This document shows positions 12,416 through 26,335 of a stretch of DNA of 64,000 nt, piece after piece. The notes under the pieces were generated by a model, which was not told the origin of the DNA, did not search any database, and was given only the letters and a program-made list of their open reading frames with translations. Source of the DNA: Dudresnaya verticillata (Eukaryota); assembly GCA_977862235.1 (NCBI GenBank), contig OZ374564.1, positions 2,666,001 through 2,730,000 of the forward strand, in the 5' to 3' direction. The position numbers and the translations under genes are program-made. Each line of letters opens with the position of its first letter. Positions within the stretch are counted from its first letter, which is position 1.

Positions 12416-15400
12416 CTATCTGGATCCCGATCCCGATTCGCGGCAGTATTACAGGCGCGCTTTTATTACAGCGGATCCCGATGTCCGATCCGTATGTCGG
12501 ATCCGGATTCGATCGGGATTCGGGCCAAACTGACAGTCGAGCATCTTAAACCGCGTTGATCCCGATGCGAGATCCGGATCCGCTCCACAGCGTTGTGTCG
12601 TACAGTGCGTCAGGCGCGCGTGGCGTGGGGATGGCGCCCGCGTGTCGCTAGGCCAATCGTCGATGACGTGTTCGCGCCAACGGCGAATTAGCTGTTTGAG
12701 GCGACCGCCCGTCGGTCAACGCGGTGTTGATACGTAAAAACGCTGACCCCGTTCGCCACAGCGACGCCGAGGTGCGATGTCATCATCGAAGTTCGAGTCC
12801 GACTCGGACGAGCTGACTATCGAATTCGAAGAGGAAGAAGATGAAGAGGAGGACAAGGAGTCGCTATACCCGGGATCATCACGGCGGCGTCACCAGTCTT
12901 CCTTCTTCTTGAGTGTTCGGTCGGTTGCTTGCCGCGTTCACGCTGTTCACGACGTGAGCCACGTGGCTCCTTTCCAGATCTCTGTCTCACGAAACTATCA
13001 CGAAAGCAGCAGCATTCAGTGCCAGCAGTGATGTGACTGTGCGGTGCCTCGATCCATGCGTCAGCGTTGTTCAACACGTTTCTCCCCTTCTACATCCTGA
13101 AGCAAAAGTGCTGTTGAGAGCTGAAAGGACGCCTTTCTGGTATGCATGAAAAACTGCGCTGGAGAGTTCACCGCGTCAACAAAAACTGTTGTTGCGGCCG
13201 AAATACTGTTACAATTGTATGCCCGTACCGGAATGTGGTGCAGAGTGATACGAATCCCCGCCAGAGAACAAGGCTAATACGCAGAATTTGTTTTAGAAGA
13301 AGAGTTACCCGTAGCAGGGCGCGGATGCTGTGTGTGGGCACATATAGCTTTCGTTTCTCCGCGACCCGGATGCACTTCGTTAGAGCAGCATCTCCTCGAT
13401 TCAGCAGACAACCAGGAAGCATCACAGAACCGATTACCTTGCTACCGCCAGCCTCGTTTATTCGTTTTTCGGGACTATGTCTAACCCCATCAATGTTTTT
13501 GCTTCTTCGCCAAATTTGCGTTGCTGTTTCTGTTACCATATTCACGCCTGCATACCAAGAGATCTTACATGCCAAACCTACTGTACCACTGCGTACCTTA
13601 CAACGATGGAAGAGTGAAGCCTCGAGAGAGAGGAAGGAGAACATCGCTTGGTTCACGGCTTGGTTCTGATCCGAGCGTGGCGCCAACGACGCTATTTGGG
13701 AATGGGGGGCTTCACATCCTCGAGGTATGCCACGCTGCTCAGATTCTGTTGCACCGAAGATGTGCTGTGAACCAGACTTTAGAAGTTCTTTTCCCGGTTG
13801 CGCCCCTTGGGTAGTGTCATTGTCGGCCATTTCCGGTATCGTCTCCGAATGTAAGCATGATCCCGACATACTCTCTGTCTCACCCCTGATACCATTCAAT
13901 TGCCATGCGAAGGGTGCTACCGATGAAGGACTCTCACACACTCTCCAGACTGCTTCTCAACCTAGGACATTGTGATCGAAGAAGTCACTTTGCCTTGTAG
14001 GAGATTGACAAAAGTTCGAGTCTGCTTGGACCTTTTCGAGCCGAGTGCGGCTCTAAGCCTCTCGAAGTCGTCAACAGGTGGTCCAAGAAGCCCTGACTGT
14101 AAGTAAGGGAGTTCAGCACAAGAAGGGTTTGCCCCGTGTAGTCGCTTGCAATGAATCAGAGAGGTCGCTAGAAAGCGGCTAAGGTCGTGCCCAGAATCGT
14201 TGGACGAAACCTACGACGCAAATAGCGATTAGCATCGCAAATTGACCTGCGACTGGGAAACCAACCGCTGTTGAGGAAAGCGTTGCAGCCAGGTACCTGA
14301 TACAGCCCAGGCGGCTCTGCAATAGCGGACTGAAGCCAGTAGAAGCAGACATCGCAATCAGACCAACTTCTTGTCCATTGTTATTCTATGTCATTCGTAG
14401 CATATTGCTAAACGCTCTCGGCCTTTAACATCACCAGCTGCCTTCTTACAGTATCCTGTAGTAACAGCAGAGATTCCGACGTTCCTTGCAGATAGAACGC
14501 CTCCGTTTACCATTTGCCGTACTCGTACGAGACGACTCACTGGAATCGTAACGGACACTTGAGCGTTCCGAGCAAAACGGCTGATTCGGACCTGTTGGGC
14601 CCAGTCGGGCCTAATCGGGCACTACCAAACCAGAGCCGCGCAGAGCTGTGGAGCGCAATTCGTCGTCGGTGCTGGTCTTGAAGAGCATGCGGCCAGAGCC
14701 CATGACCACGATCACACTCCGACCCTCCGAAATATCAAGCGCCCCACTGCAGCGAACTACTATCTTTCCGTAGTTCGAACCCTGTTGTAACGCGCTCCTC
14801 GACGCTTCCCAGTTGCTAAGCGTCGCGCCCCGGAGTTTGAAATGAAGAAGGACATTGCGAAGTCCAGCGGTCGCGACGCCGCGAAGGTGGTTGACAATGG
14901 AGATGGTGTTCACGTGAGTAAAACCATCGCGCCGGAACCTTATGACAAGACCGAGGATATCGGGTCGACCTACATGGACCATTACGAGCGTAAGTGTGAG
15001 AAGAAGCAGAAGAAGCGCTCAAAGGCCCGTCACATCAAGCGCGACTATTGCAATCATCGGGAGAGCCGCAACCTGCAGAACCGCTACGAATCGGACCCGT
15101 AGTGCTTCCACGCGCTTTTATAAGGAGAAATCGCTGTTGTTGCAGTTCTGTAGCAGGAAGAGGTGTGATGCCTGAAGCGGGAGCTTCTTTCCCCACCCAC
15201 GGCACAACTAAGCTCGGCCCCTTTTCCTGCAGGAAACCGGCTGTTCAATTTCGCTGTGTTGTTAGAGCTCTGCTCGGCAATTAGGACAATTAGATAGCTG
15301 TTATCCGTCTTGCTGTTACTCGCATGAACATCAGTTCGTCTGCTTGAAGTAAACATATTGGTTGTCTTGTCGTTCTTCTGAGAAAGATAGGGCCTTCCCG

Positions 15401-18400
15401 AGAAGTGGCTACGAGAGTACACATCCGGCCAGTCTCATCCGCGTTTGCCTCCATCCGCCACCTGCGTAACACTTGCAAACCCTCCCGGTCCGCCCTCCCA
15501 TCTTGTTGAGAATCCCACCCCCGGCGACACGCACCCTTTCCGTTGCGACCCTTACAGCCCGTGCGCCTGCAAATGGGCTTTTGTCGCCCGCGCATGACCA
15601 CGGAAAGCAAGCAATAAAGAGAAACCTCAGATCAGTTATTGCACTGGTTGCTTCAGGACCATATCACCTAGCAATGTCCCTTCTTGGAGTTACTTCTATT
15701 ATCAGTCATGAGGTCGGGCGTCGTTGGGGCGTGAAAATCTCGAGGAGTACCGTGATCTCTTTACCTTGGGGGTTGGAAATCGCAAGTATCTACATCCCTT
15801 AAAGGTGAAACTTGTTGTGTGACGGGCTTTCTTCCTTTGTGCCAGAGTGCCTCATGGCCTCGGCACGAACGGGCTTCCACGAAATAGCGAGGGAATGCGT
15901 TGGGAGAGGCACCGGAAGAAACTAAGCGCCCTCAATGTGTGTGGAAAAGAAGCCTTGCTTTTCGATTACGGTTCGCATGTCTCGGCCTAGGCGTATCGTC
16001 TGCAGCTGGGAGAAGGCTCATCAGTTTCCCTGCTTGCTTCTGCGGCTCGCTTCCTCCGGTGGCAGCACCTGCTGCTTGTGGTCACGCGTGGGCGCAGCGC
16101 TGTGAGAGTGGGAGTTCGTCGCCAGCGCACGGGCGGGATGCTCGACCAGACGAGCAGCAGTGGTGGGGGCGACGATGGCCTCTGGGGGGCCATTCGGTCC
16201 ATCATCTTCTGTATTTTGTTTTCTTCGCTCCAACGCAATCTGCTCAGCAGCTCTGCTCTTTCCTTCCAGCCGCGAGTTCGGCTGCGCAGCGAACGCGACT
16301 TTCATCTAAAACGTTTTCTTTCATGACAACCGACAGGTCACGGCCGCAATCCGGCACGCGTCCAATATCGCATGAGCACACACGCCGTGCACACTTGCAC
16401 TGACCGCTATGTCTCTCTCAACGTGCTGACGGCGAGTGCAATACCCCAGCGACATGTGCCATAAAACCTGCGACGCTCAGTTCTCAGCAGGCGTCGCCGG
16501 AACAAACAAGGCAAGGAAAAGAGACGCTTGCTTGAATTGTAATGAAAGGTTGCCTGCAGTAGGTGTTGTCGGACAAGCGTATTGAATAGAAATACGGCGT
16601 ACTCAACGGGTGCAAGCTGACTCCACACATTGCACTAATGAATTTTCACAGCGTTCCAGGAAGAACGTCAAGAACGGCAATGCCTTGGACATCTGCTTAC
16701 GTCTTATGCTCTCCTCCGCTTTCCACACTCCTGATCTTACAACTCGCTAGATGAATGCCATTCTGAAGGTTCTACCCAGGCTACAAGAAGATGTGGTAAC
16801 GAGGCTACTGGGACAAAAGGGCAAAGCAGTAGCTGCTTTATTGTCGGCGTGCTAGCTTCAAGCTCGTGCTGCATCAACGGTCTCCAATTTTGCCCAGCCA
16901 TCCTAGGTTGACGTAGCATGTGAAACGGATGGGATCTGCAAATGCACACTGCTCGAATGTGTGTGTCACTATAGTCGCTGCTAGCGTGACAGGATCGTGC
17001 ATGTTACGCTGGCTAGCGGTTGGAGGCGCTACGCTCTCGCACGAATGACGCAGGCGCTCGAGAAGGATAGATGACATTTCTATCTCGAGAGAAATATCGC
17101 TTGGGACTTTGGAGTCCTGCGCCTCTGGCGGGTAGAGTCCGCATCAGCACTGATGATTGGCGGCTCGCACTTGGTGTCTGGTTGTTCAGTTGCCACCCAG
17201 TTGCTGGAAGCTTCGGGCGTGAGCGTTGCAATGTCACATCTCACCGCTGCGGCCGGGCGCGTGTGCTGGAGGGCGCAGCACAGCACTCGCCGCGGATAAG
17301 GCTATTGAGACTCACGGTGTGGGTCATCGCGAAAAGAAGCGGTAGCGTTGGCTGACCCCCGTTGCAGCGCCGCTTCTTTTGCTGTCGATAACATGATGAC
17401 GAACTGGAGAGGATTCGCCGCGGCAACGCTATCAGCCGCAACATCCAGCAGTGTACCATATGGAAGACAAGTACGGATTTAGACCATTGCGCCAGCATTG
17501 AATACTTATTGCCGCTATGTTTTCGCTTCCCCCCCTTGCCTTTTCAGTTGTGTTTCCTTATCCCTTCTCACGCTCTGCTGGATCTCGCCTACGCAAGCCT
17601 TCCCGCACCGAGCGGATTGCTGCTGAACCGGGTCGACCCTTCCCGACCCCTCTGACGAACCGCCCGAGACTTCTGCCCGTGATCTTCTTTCGGTCGGATC
17701 AAGTCCACACGCGACCAATAGTATTTTGACAAGTAGCAACGCTCTGCCGCTCTGCCTAGCCGTGCATATGCACTTTGATCGTAGAACAAGCTTTTCGCAC
17801 AAGCACCCATTGTGACATATGTGTAATAAACAGCAGCTGAGCTAGCTCAGTCCCGCAATTACGGCATCGGCCCTCCTTCAATTCTCATTCTCGTGTCCTC
17901 GAAACCTTCCATTGCGCTATCGGCTCTCGAACCTGCATTAGTCCTGACGAAAAGGAGAAAACTTATTGTCCTACGGGTACAAGAGTATTTGTTGGACGTC
18001 TTTTGTGATGCAGAAGTACTAAATTACGTTAAGGCTTATGGTATGGTGTTGTTCGATTTTGTTGCTTAGGGTGGTCCGGCTCATTCCGTGGTGGATCGCT
18101 GGAAACGGTGCATTAGCTCTCTTCCTTGAGAAAAATTTCAGTTCTAGGGGATTTCTCTTTCTGTCTACTGAGTGCTTCCTACGTGGACTTGTGATGTCAT
18201 TTACATTGTGGTGGCAGCGTAATTGCAGCGGCGTATGTCTGTGTTTGTCTTGGTCGGAATGTGAAGTACTCATTCGTTTTATGGCTTTTTGCTGTTACAG
18301 CAGCAGGTGCGCATCCATCCTCGCTATCGACAGCACACCTCTTCTCTCGAGCATTGCGCGCGTTTGTTTTGTGTCCAGATGTTATGTTTCAGCATATACA

Positions 18401-21400
18401 AGCACACAGATGGCAATGTCGAACCAGATACGAATTCGTTAAGTACGTCTCGGATTAAACAATTGACACAATCCGCCCTATTTTCCCAGGTGATGTTGGA
18501 TACAATTCAAATGAAGGATATATCTTGCCCCTGCTGCACTAGATGGAGCGCTGTGAAAAATCCATGTCCCTCTCATTCCCCTACGAAGGAAGAAAGAAAA
18601 GGTCAGAAATGACCTTATCCGTCTGCTTCTTGGGATACACACTGTGGACTGGGTGCGCTACTTAATGACAAGTATGGGCAGCACAGTTTGGTAATGGCTG
18701 TGCTGCAGCATCTGCTCCCCGTCAAGTTATCTCCTCAATAACTAATCTCTAAAAGGACTTGTGAAAAGGCCCTTGTCTACGTTGCTATGTTGTCTATATT
18801 GATGCTATGGTAGCGAGGATTCAGTTCGGCTTGAAGCGATGGGCCCAAAAGCTTTTTTGAGATGTGCGCTAGTTCTCCAGCAACATGGACAGCTTCGCGG
18901 TTGATGAGCTCATGTTCTAAGCAATATGTGCCCTGAGCTGCAGTGACATGACGGCCAGTGGATTGCACCAAGGGGTGAAACTCGCCCTGTACTGCGTGCC
19001 TCTAGCGATCTTTGAGATAAAAATATCGTAGCTTGCAATAGGAGGCATAATCGGAAGTTGAACCCTCAAAAGGATCTTTGAACGTGATGATTTCTCGTAC
19101 AGTGCTCTACGTGCGAAGTAAGCCTTCCTGACGGAGGAGGTATCCTATGCAGGGCTTTTTTCATTGATTAATTCTGCGCCGCGTGTAAAGTCGTAGTAGT
19201 GATGTTGTATCTTAATGCTGTCATACGGTACTGGTTGTACGAACCACTTACCGTTTTGGTTCTACTACGAACCCAGAGTCTGTTAAAAATTCCATCACTT
19301 TCAAGGATAATATGCTCACGTACGCTACACTACGAAAGCGAGAAAGCAGCGAGTGTAGGTGATGTCGACCTTAAATTGTAGTTCTGACAGTTGTGAAGTT
19401 CACGCGCGACAATCACACCATAGCTATAGATGCCAACCACCAACCAAACCATGTAACTTGGTACGCAATCAAATTTCTAGTCTGTTTTGCGTAGGCGTTT
19501 CAGCACCATGGCGTCCGGAATTGCAAACAAGAGGAAGGAGGGCTACCCATTCCTTGCTTCAAGCCCATTCTCTATCGCTATCAACTCCCACCTAAGATCA
19601 ACAAAAGCAGCGTCATTGTGAATCGCGTGTACTAATTGGCCCATTGTACTTGTTCTTGGATACACCTTCACTTCCTCTGAAGAGTCTGTAGTAATCGGAT
19701 AGACAAGTGTGCGGCAATGAACCCGGCTGTGTTTCAAACCGCAAACAAGTGCCGGTATTTTACCGAGTAATTAGTTTTCCAAACGCGGCATCCCCAGCAC
19801 AATAAGCTTGCACCGCGGGCGACGATGGTATAGGAAGGTCATAGGAATCTCATTCACTAGTTCCCGAAATATCCCACTTATTCCGTAGTGTTTGCCATAT
19901 ATTCCCTCCTGCTTGGCCTTCTTGTCGTCCACAATTTCCTATCAGCGAACAACACTTAAATCCCTTATACTTTACGGCTTGCAGGAGACCAGGGAGTGTG
20001 GGCCAAATGTGCAAGTTGCAGTCTCGGAATCGTCAACTGGAGGGGTGGTAGATAAAGACTTCGGGTCCTGGACTGGCAGCTGGCCAATATCCAGAGCGAC
20101 GCTGAATTCTATGTACCGTATCCCTTGGGATCACTCTTTCCTCTGTACCATTTATCTCAGGTTGTAGTTTGGTGTTCTGTTATGCCATGGAACGTCAAGC
20201 TCCCTAAAACATCGATTCTCACTACTATTGGAACAAGCTGCAAACTTTTGAGCTGAGCGTCCACATTTTCTTTTAATAAGGATGACAGACAATATACAAT
20301 AAATGTTTCATGATATGGATAATATGGCCTTGTCGCTTAGTACTCGCCTGGCATATGCATATGAGGGTTTTAGGTCAGCATTTTCAAGAGGGCGAGACCT
20401 GTGTCACAGACCCCGCAATATTGTTAGCCGAGAGGCCTTCGTACGGCTCGACGTTTCTGCGGTCAAGGGCCTCTTGTGAAAGGTCCTGTTCTACCCATTC
20501 ATAAAGTACAAAAACCGAGGAGAACCATTCTCAATCCTTCTTGCCCGCGAAGCGAAGCGAAGTGAATTGATCTTTCCGAGAGAGGTTATGTTGTACCGGC
20601 ATCGGCAACATACGCCTGTGATCCAGCGTGTAACTGTCAGGGTATAAATCCTGTGTCATCGCTCTGTTCGTCAACGGATTCCAGCGCAAGTGGTTCAATG
20701 GTATTTTTGCCTTCGAGACTCTCAAATTGAGAGTAACACTGTGGTCTAGCATTAGCTCGAAATGAAGAGATTAATTAGGAGAGATTACTTTACTCAGGAA
20801 AGTAGGAATACCGAAAGGGAGCTTAAGGACTGTCACTCAATACACTGGAGGACAGCTTGTGTTGATGGACGCAGATAGTTACCTATCTATAGCTAGCTAT
20901 GTAGAGGCATTGGAGAAAAAGAGGCTCAAGACGAGTGGAAATTTGAAGCTATTCTGCAGAAGGGGGGTACTTTTCCTCACAGCCATGAAAGAAGTAATAC
21001 TTTGGACTCCATGTTCGAATCCTGTCCCAAGACGACAATAGGTATCCATTACCATATGGTGGAAGTCCATCCCAAGGTTGGAAATCCATCCCAAGGTAGG
21101 AAAGACTGCCACAAACCCTGAGATAGTGTGAGTGCTTCTGTCGTTCGCGAGAACAAGTAGCTTGAACAGAACTACAGCCCACGGGCCCAGTATTATAGTG
21201 AGGACTGATAAGAGAAACACCGAAGCCTTGCAGACAATTGATACAGAGAGAGAGTCCGTGCCGTGTCATTGGGTAGGTGAGGGTTGGGACCATACATGCA
21301 GCTGGCTTCTGCGGAATGCAGTGCGGCGATGGTTGCAATTCTTTGAGCGATGGTGCGGAGGATGGGTGGGGTAGTATCGGTTTGCAATAGGAGGGAGAGG

Positions 21401-22389
21401 AGCATCCCGGGAAGCAGTGCAAATTGTTGCATGGGCTGGTTCTGACGGGGACCAGGAACGCTCCCAAATTCCAGCAAACCGCGAGGTGGCGTTAGGCGGG
21501 ACATAGAATGCTGTTGTACCTGGGAAAGTTGGGAGAACTTCGGGACAGGGCCGGTCACCTGCCTTGAAGATCGACCCCCCTTTGGCGCAGATGCGAAGCA
21601 TCATGATAGCTCCGGAGGCGGACTGCGGCGAAGAGACTGCACGGCGAAGGGATTTAGAAGGCGATCGACTGAGCGCATATAAGGATGCACGGGCGGCCGG
21701 GGAAAATCGGGGGTCCCTGCAAAGTGCTCCAAGTATTGCAGCTGTGCAGCGCGATTTTAAACGTTTGGGCTTGGGATGCCCTTTTCTCTGGTGTTGTCCG
21801 AACCAGCGCGGTCTACGCCGAAATATAACGATTGCCGTGCTCATCCGCTCTCCGCGCATTCGGCCACTCTTCGACACGACGAGCATCACATAATGCTTCC
21901 CAAATGCGATCGGCGTTGTACAGTTACCGACAATTTCAAGGCGGTGTGATCAGCCGGCAATCACGTAACTATTGTTCTATTGCCTCGTTCTCAGTGCATA
22001 TTTCGGCCTTATTACTTTAGTATGAGGCCGAGAATAAGCCTGAACACATTGAGTATGAGCGCGCCAGGGCGCCCGCGACGCTCCGTTGAGCACATCTCAC
22101 AGACTATAAAAGCCCACCTCAGACAACCGCAATCGAGGCCATCCGCCGAACGCCCCACCGCCCTCACCCTACGAACCACATCTGCTACCGCAGCGTACGA
22201 CAGCCGCATTCTCGCGTCGTTTTTCTGCCAATAGGCCAAAGCCGCTGAGGCAGACCCACTCTAAACCAAGTGAGTAAACGTTTGTCAGCACCTCAGACAC
22301 CCACAAGACAACCGGCATCCTACTTGATCTGCCCGTCAAGCTCCCCGTCCCCAAAGGGAACTTCCCCGCGCATCCAACATCGCTACAAA

Positions 22390-23550
22390 ATGGAAGGCTC
22401 TTTGCAACAACCGAAAGCGAGGAAGAAGAGGACCTATGCCACGAGGGAAATGACCTCTTTTATTATTCAATATTTGTCTTCCGCAATAACACCACCGACG
22501 TATTATCAACTGAGAATGGCCGTTGAGGAGAGGGCAGCTGAGACTGCCGCAAGGGAGGCCCTCGAGGCTGCTCCTTCGGTCCAGGCCGTCAACTATTTTC
22601 CAGAGTTGCCGGCATGTGATACCGAGATCTGTAATAGACCTCCGGACGTTCTCGACGAAATCGCTGGGCCTTCTGAGGGCGACCGGTTTGGACCTTATGA
22701 TGACAATGCCTGGGCACGACTATTCTCGGAAATTAAGGAAGATCCGGCACCCGTCTTAGAGATGCCCGAAGAGCCCCCGGTTGACATGGTAACCCCAGCC
22801 TCGCCGGTCTTGGACGCCCACCATGATCCCGGAGCAAATCAAGAAGCTAGCGCTGAGCACCAGGAGGAATTCGACCGCCGTTATGCGGAAGGTTTATCAA
22901 TGCCGTCCAATGAAATCTTGCAAGGTTCCCTCATGAACCTACAGACACCAGATCTTGAGGAAGAGGATAAAATTGCTATCGCAAGGAAAAAAAAGATTAC
23001 ACTCATGAGAAGAAGAATGTACGACGTTCTGAACACCCTCACAGCCGCAAAGATTGTAATTCGACCTACAACTAACAGTGAAATTCTATGGGCTGGGGCT
23101 GAATTTCGGTTACGAACACAGAGAAGTGAGCCCCATGGAGCACCAGCTCTGGTGTTGCCGGCTAGCCCGGAAGCGGCGGATGATAGAACGAGGAGAATAG
23201 AGTACGAAAAACTGGCTATCCGTGCCGCTAAAGAGCGCCAAAGCAGCATCTGTACAAGGTTGACAATTGAACGCAAGAAGCTTCTTTTATCGGATCTTGT
23301 GACTATCCAAGAGTGGAGGAGCAAAGAGCCCAACAGGAATTTGCATGGTAACGGAAGTAACAGCCAACCGATCAAAATGCAAATTCCGTGCCTTGCGGTT
23401 GAGGCTTCTGAGATGAAAGTCACAGTAGAGGAAGCAACGAGCGATCAAGGTGTTAATGAAACCCTCATTCTGGACCTAAAAGAATGCACATCTTTCTCTG
23501 CGGTGACGATCGTGAGCAAATTGTGCCGAAGGTTGCTGGGACGCATATGA
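22390..23550 (+). CDS. Divergent DP/E2F-family transcription factor
   Basis: MRRRMYDVLNTLTAAKIV...EILWAG matches the E2F/DP RRxYD..NVL...I.W.G signature and is followed by a coiled-coil-like segment. First ATG at 22390. Confidence 0.75.
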   Translation: MEGSLQQPKARKKRTYATREMTSFIIQYLSSAITPPTYYQLRMAVEERAAETAAREALEAAPSVQAVNYFPELPACDTEICNRPPDVLDEIAGPSEGDRFGPYDDNAWARLFSEIKEDPAPVLEMPEEPPVDMVTPASPVLDAHHDPGANQEASAEHQEEFDRRYAEGLSMPSNEILQGSLMNLQTPDLEEEDKIAIARKKKITLMRRRMYDVLNTLTAAKIVIRPTTNSEILWAGAEFRLRTQRSEPHGAPALVLPASPEAADDRTRRIEYEKLAIRAAKERQSSICTRLTIERKKLLLSDLVTIQEWRSKEPNRNLHGNGSNSQPIKMQIPCLAVEASEMKVTVEEATSDQGVNETLILDLKECTSFSAVTIVSKLCRRLLGRI

Positions 23551-24550
23551 GCAAGCCAGGCAAACGGCTACTTTCGAATGAAGGCATGGAAGGGCAGAGC
23601 GTGCTTGTGGAACATTTAACAAACATATCACAGAGGTGCGTTTGGTGAAATACTTTGTGGACCGAGGCGTGCACAAGTCAAAACAAGACCTGTCGTCTAT
23701 ACAAAAAACATTGAACTCGTACCCGGAAACCGTACCGTACGGTTTTTACCGGTTCCAACTCTGGAGGCCAGCAAACCAGCCTGCAGGTTGGGCAGTTAAT
23801 AAGTGAATACGACATCTCAGCGATGACAAGGTTTGTTTCTGTACACAAACAGCTATCCGTGAGGCGAAAGTGACGAAGGACACATGTATGTGGTTATCCC
23901 AACCACGAATTGTGAATAATGGTGGGGTATCATTCAAGGAATTAATATGCATAGCTCTGTGACATATTAAGGTTGAGAGTTTGAAAACTTCCCGGTGTTC
24001 TTCTCGGAGCAGCAGTTCGTGCTAACAGTGTTCAACAAGAATGAGAAGGATGGGAGCGCAGGCGGACAACGGGCAACGGACATTCCAGCCCTGTGGGCGA
24101 GAAGCACGAGCAGCGTTATCCATGAGGAGGACAAATCATAACGCAGAACGGTATGCGTACTGAGACTGTCATTGATCTATAGGACGAATATTGCAAGTCA
24201 CAAAATCAAGACGAAGGTCGTCAGCACTCCGCGAAAAATCTTCAACGAGATTTCTGCCTGCAGTGACGAGGGATGAAGGCGTGGTAGAACAGTCGTGCTC
24301 CAGTAAGTCGTAGACTCTTGGCCCCACCACCGACTTTTGCTCTATTAAAAAAACGGCAAGCACGTCAATCGGCACCACCAACACTGTCATCTTCACTTTC
24401 GGATACGCCTTTTCTGCACAACCTATTTGCTGATGCAAGCTTCCCAAAGTACACCGAAGACATCTCGCCCTGACTATGCTGTCCCTCCCTGTGCATTACA
24501 CTACTATCACTGAACGCTTCCGTCACCTGCTTCCTATGACGTACTGCCGT

Positions 24551-26335
24551 TCAGTACCTCACTATTTTACAACATATCTCGAGACTCTTTCTCATCCCAG
24601 TGGTCTCACAACTCATACTCCTCAACACAGGGACCATCCCACGCTGGTAAGCTATTTCAATCAATTCATCAGCGTTTGGCGTTTCGGGGTACTCTGCAAG
24701 AGCCCATTTGAGGTACACCAGAAAGTCCTTCCATTCTATGTTCCCGTCCTGATCTATCCTTTTTATGCTCTGAAGAGTACGTTTCGTGTCTTTGAATCGA
24801 TAGCAGCCTATGTAAGGCGACAGAAATCCATGGTAGAACGATTCATAATCCAAGCTCTGGCAATTCCCACCGGCATGCTTTGGACCCCAGTAGTCCCAAA
24901 GATTTTTGACCTGTTTAAGGAGCTTCTCGTGTTCATCTTTATGTTTTTGTAGCTTGTATATAGCTTCTTTCATCCTGGGCGTCAGCTCCCCACCGCTACG
25001 AGCGAACAATACAGCCAGACCCATCGCGCTTCTGTAATCTTCCTTTCTAGAGGGCAGCGATGTGATATCGTCTTGGATAGTCTTCAGCATCTTCCGGCCC
25101 ATGCAAAGAGTGAACTGCTTGTTATACCCAAACAAGTGCGTCAAACGATATACTGCCATTCGTGAGCTTGTTAGTGGCTTTGTGTCGTCAGATCTCCACC
25201 CAAAGAACTCGACAATATTGAATTCGCCTTCTCCGAGTGTATCGAAGACCAGATCCAGAGCTCGTTCTCCATACACGCACTGCTTCTGATCTGGTAGTTT
25301 CGAAGTGGTAAGGGTGGTAACCTGAATAGCTGAATTACGAAACTCTTTGCAGTTGTACGTGTGGAGTACTTTTCGATTTCCAAGGCGCACTAAGTTCATA
25401 GCGGTGACAGTTGAGCTTGCATGACCCATCGCAGAGCCTTCCACACAAAGACTAGCCCATACACCGTCGCTACCGGAAGCCAGACATTCCAGAGTAACAG
25501 CAGTTTGCATTTCCCACTTTTCATGAATATGATTAAGTAATCTCCCGTGCGTCCAGCCGCATGAATTCATCACTGTGCGAATTGCTCTGGTCCATGCCGC
25601 CATCTGCTCCGGCATGCTCTCTCCCAAAGGGTCCTCGAACATCAACCCAAACAAGCTCTTCTGTTCAGGCATCTTGGCGAAGTGTTCGACAACACTAAGA
25701 ACTCTTTCTGGGTCGGACGCAAAGGCTGCAGGCATGTCCCGAAAGTTGAGTCCAATGCGAGCATTTGGATTTAGGTTCTCGCGCACCCAGCTCACCCACT
25801 TGTCAATAAGCTTGCACGTGTCAGAAGTGCTCCACTTGGTACCCCAAGCTATGTTTCTGTCCGCTAAATCAATCTCGAACAAGGTGTTGAATAAGCCGTA
25901 TTCCTTGTTCTTCTCAAGGGCAACAGGGATGCTTTCCGCATCATACTGCCCGTTCACAATCTTTCCTCCAGAAATCTCAGAGAAAGAGAAGAGCCTGGAG
26001 AAGTCTTGTTGAGTTTGCTGTAGCCATTCGCAGAAGTCATCATCAACGCGGCGCATGTGAGAAAAACAGGCAACGATAATGCTATTTATTCGGCATTTGT
26101 TGACCTCATTGTAGATGGCCTTCTTGTCGGCGAGGGTGTGGTTTCGAAGCTGACCGACACTGCTTTCTCGAATTGAATTGTCCAAGATGAAGAAATCTAG
26201 GTTGCGGAGACGTCGAAGCTTGGCGTCAGCAGCCTCAAGGTCTGTGCGCATCTGGGCCGAAGCACTGCGCACATTGGCGGACAAATTTTCTGTAGTCACG
26301 GGGTGGTTGTGATTGTAATGGGGAGGGTGGTGCAT
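24551..26335 (-). CDS. HMGL-like/DRE-TIM barrel protein with C-terminal EF-hand-like motif
   Basis: 594-aa intact ORF with ILDNSIRES (D..RE motif), HIH, GHASS and IDQDGNIEWKDF (EF-hand-like loop). Confidence 0.7.
   Translation of the reverse strand: MHHPPHYNHNHPVTTENLSANVRSASAQMRTDLEAADAKLRRLRNLDFFILDNSIRESSVGQLRNHTLADKKAIYNEVNKCRINSIIVACFSHMRRVDDDFCEWLQQTQQDFSRLFSFSEISGGKIVNGQYDAESIPVALEKNKEYGLFNTLFEIDLADRNIAWGTKWSTSDTCKLIDKWVSWVRENLNPNARIGLNFRDMPAAFASDPERVLSVVEHFAKMPEQKSLFGLMFEDPLGESMPEQMAAWTRAIRTVMNSCGWTHGRLLNHIHEKWEMQTAVTLECLASGSDGVWASLCVEGSAMGHASSTVTAMNLVRLGNRKVLHTYNCKEFRNSAIQVTTLTTSKLPDQKQCVYGERALDLVFDTLGEGEFNIVEFFGWRSDDTKPLTSSRMAVYRLTHLFGYNKQFTLCMGRKMLKTIQDDITSLPSRKEDYRSAMGLAVLFARSGGELTPRMKEAIYKLQKHKDEHEKLLKQVKNLWDYWGPKHAGGNCQSLDYESFYHGFLSPYIGCYRFKDTKRTLQSIKRIDQDGNIEWKDFLVYLKWALAEYPETPNADELIEIAYQRGMVPVLRSMSCETTGMRKSLEICCKIVRY

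Noticed and set aside
12777..22200. Numerous 60-260 aa ORFs
   Set aside because: No recognisable motifs or consistent frame; probably intergenic or decayed sequence, though short or spliced genes cannot be excluded.
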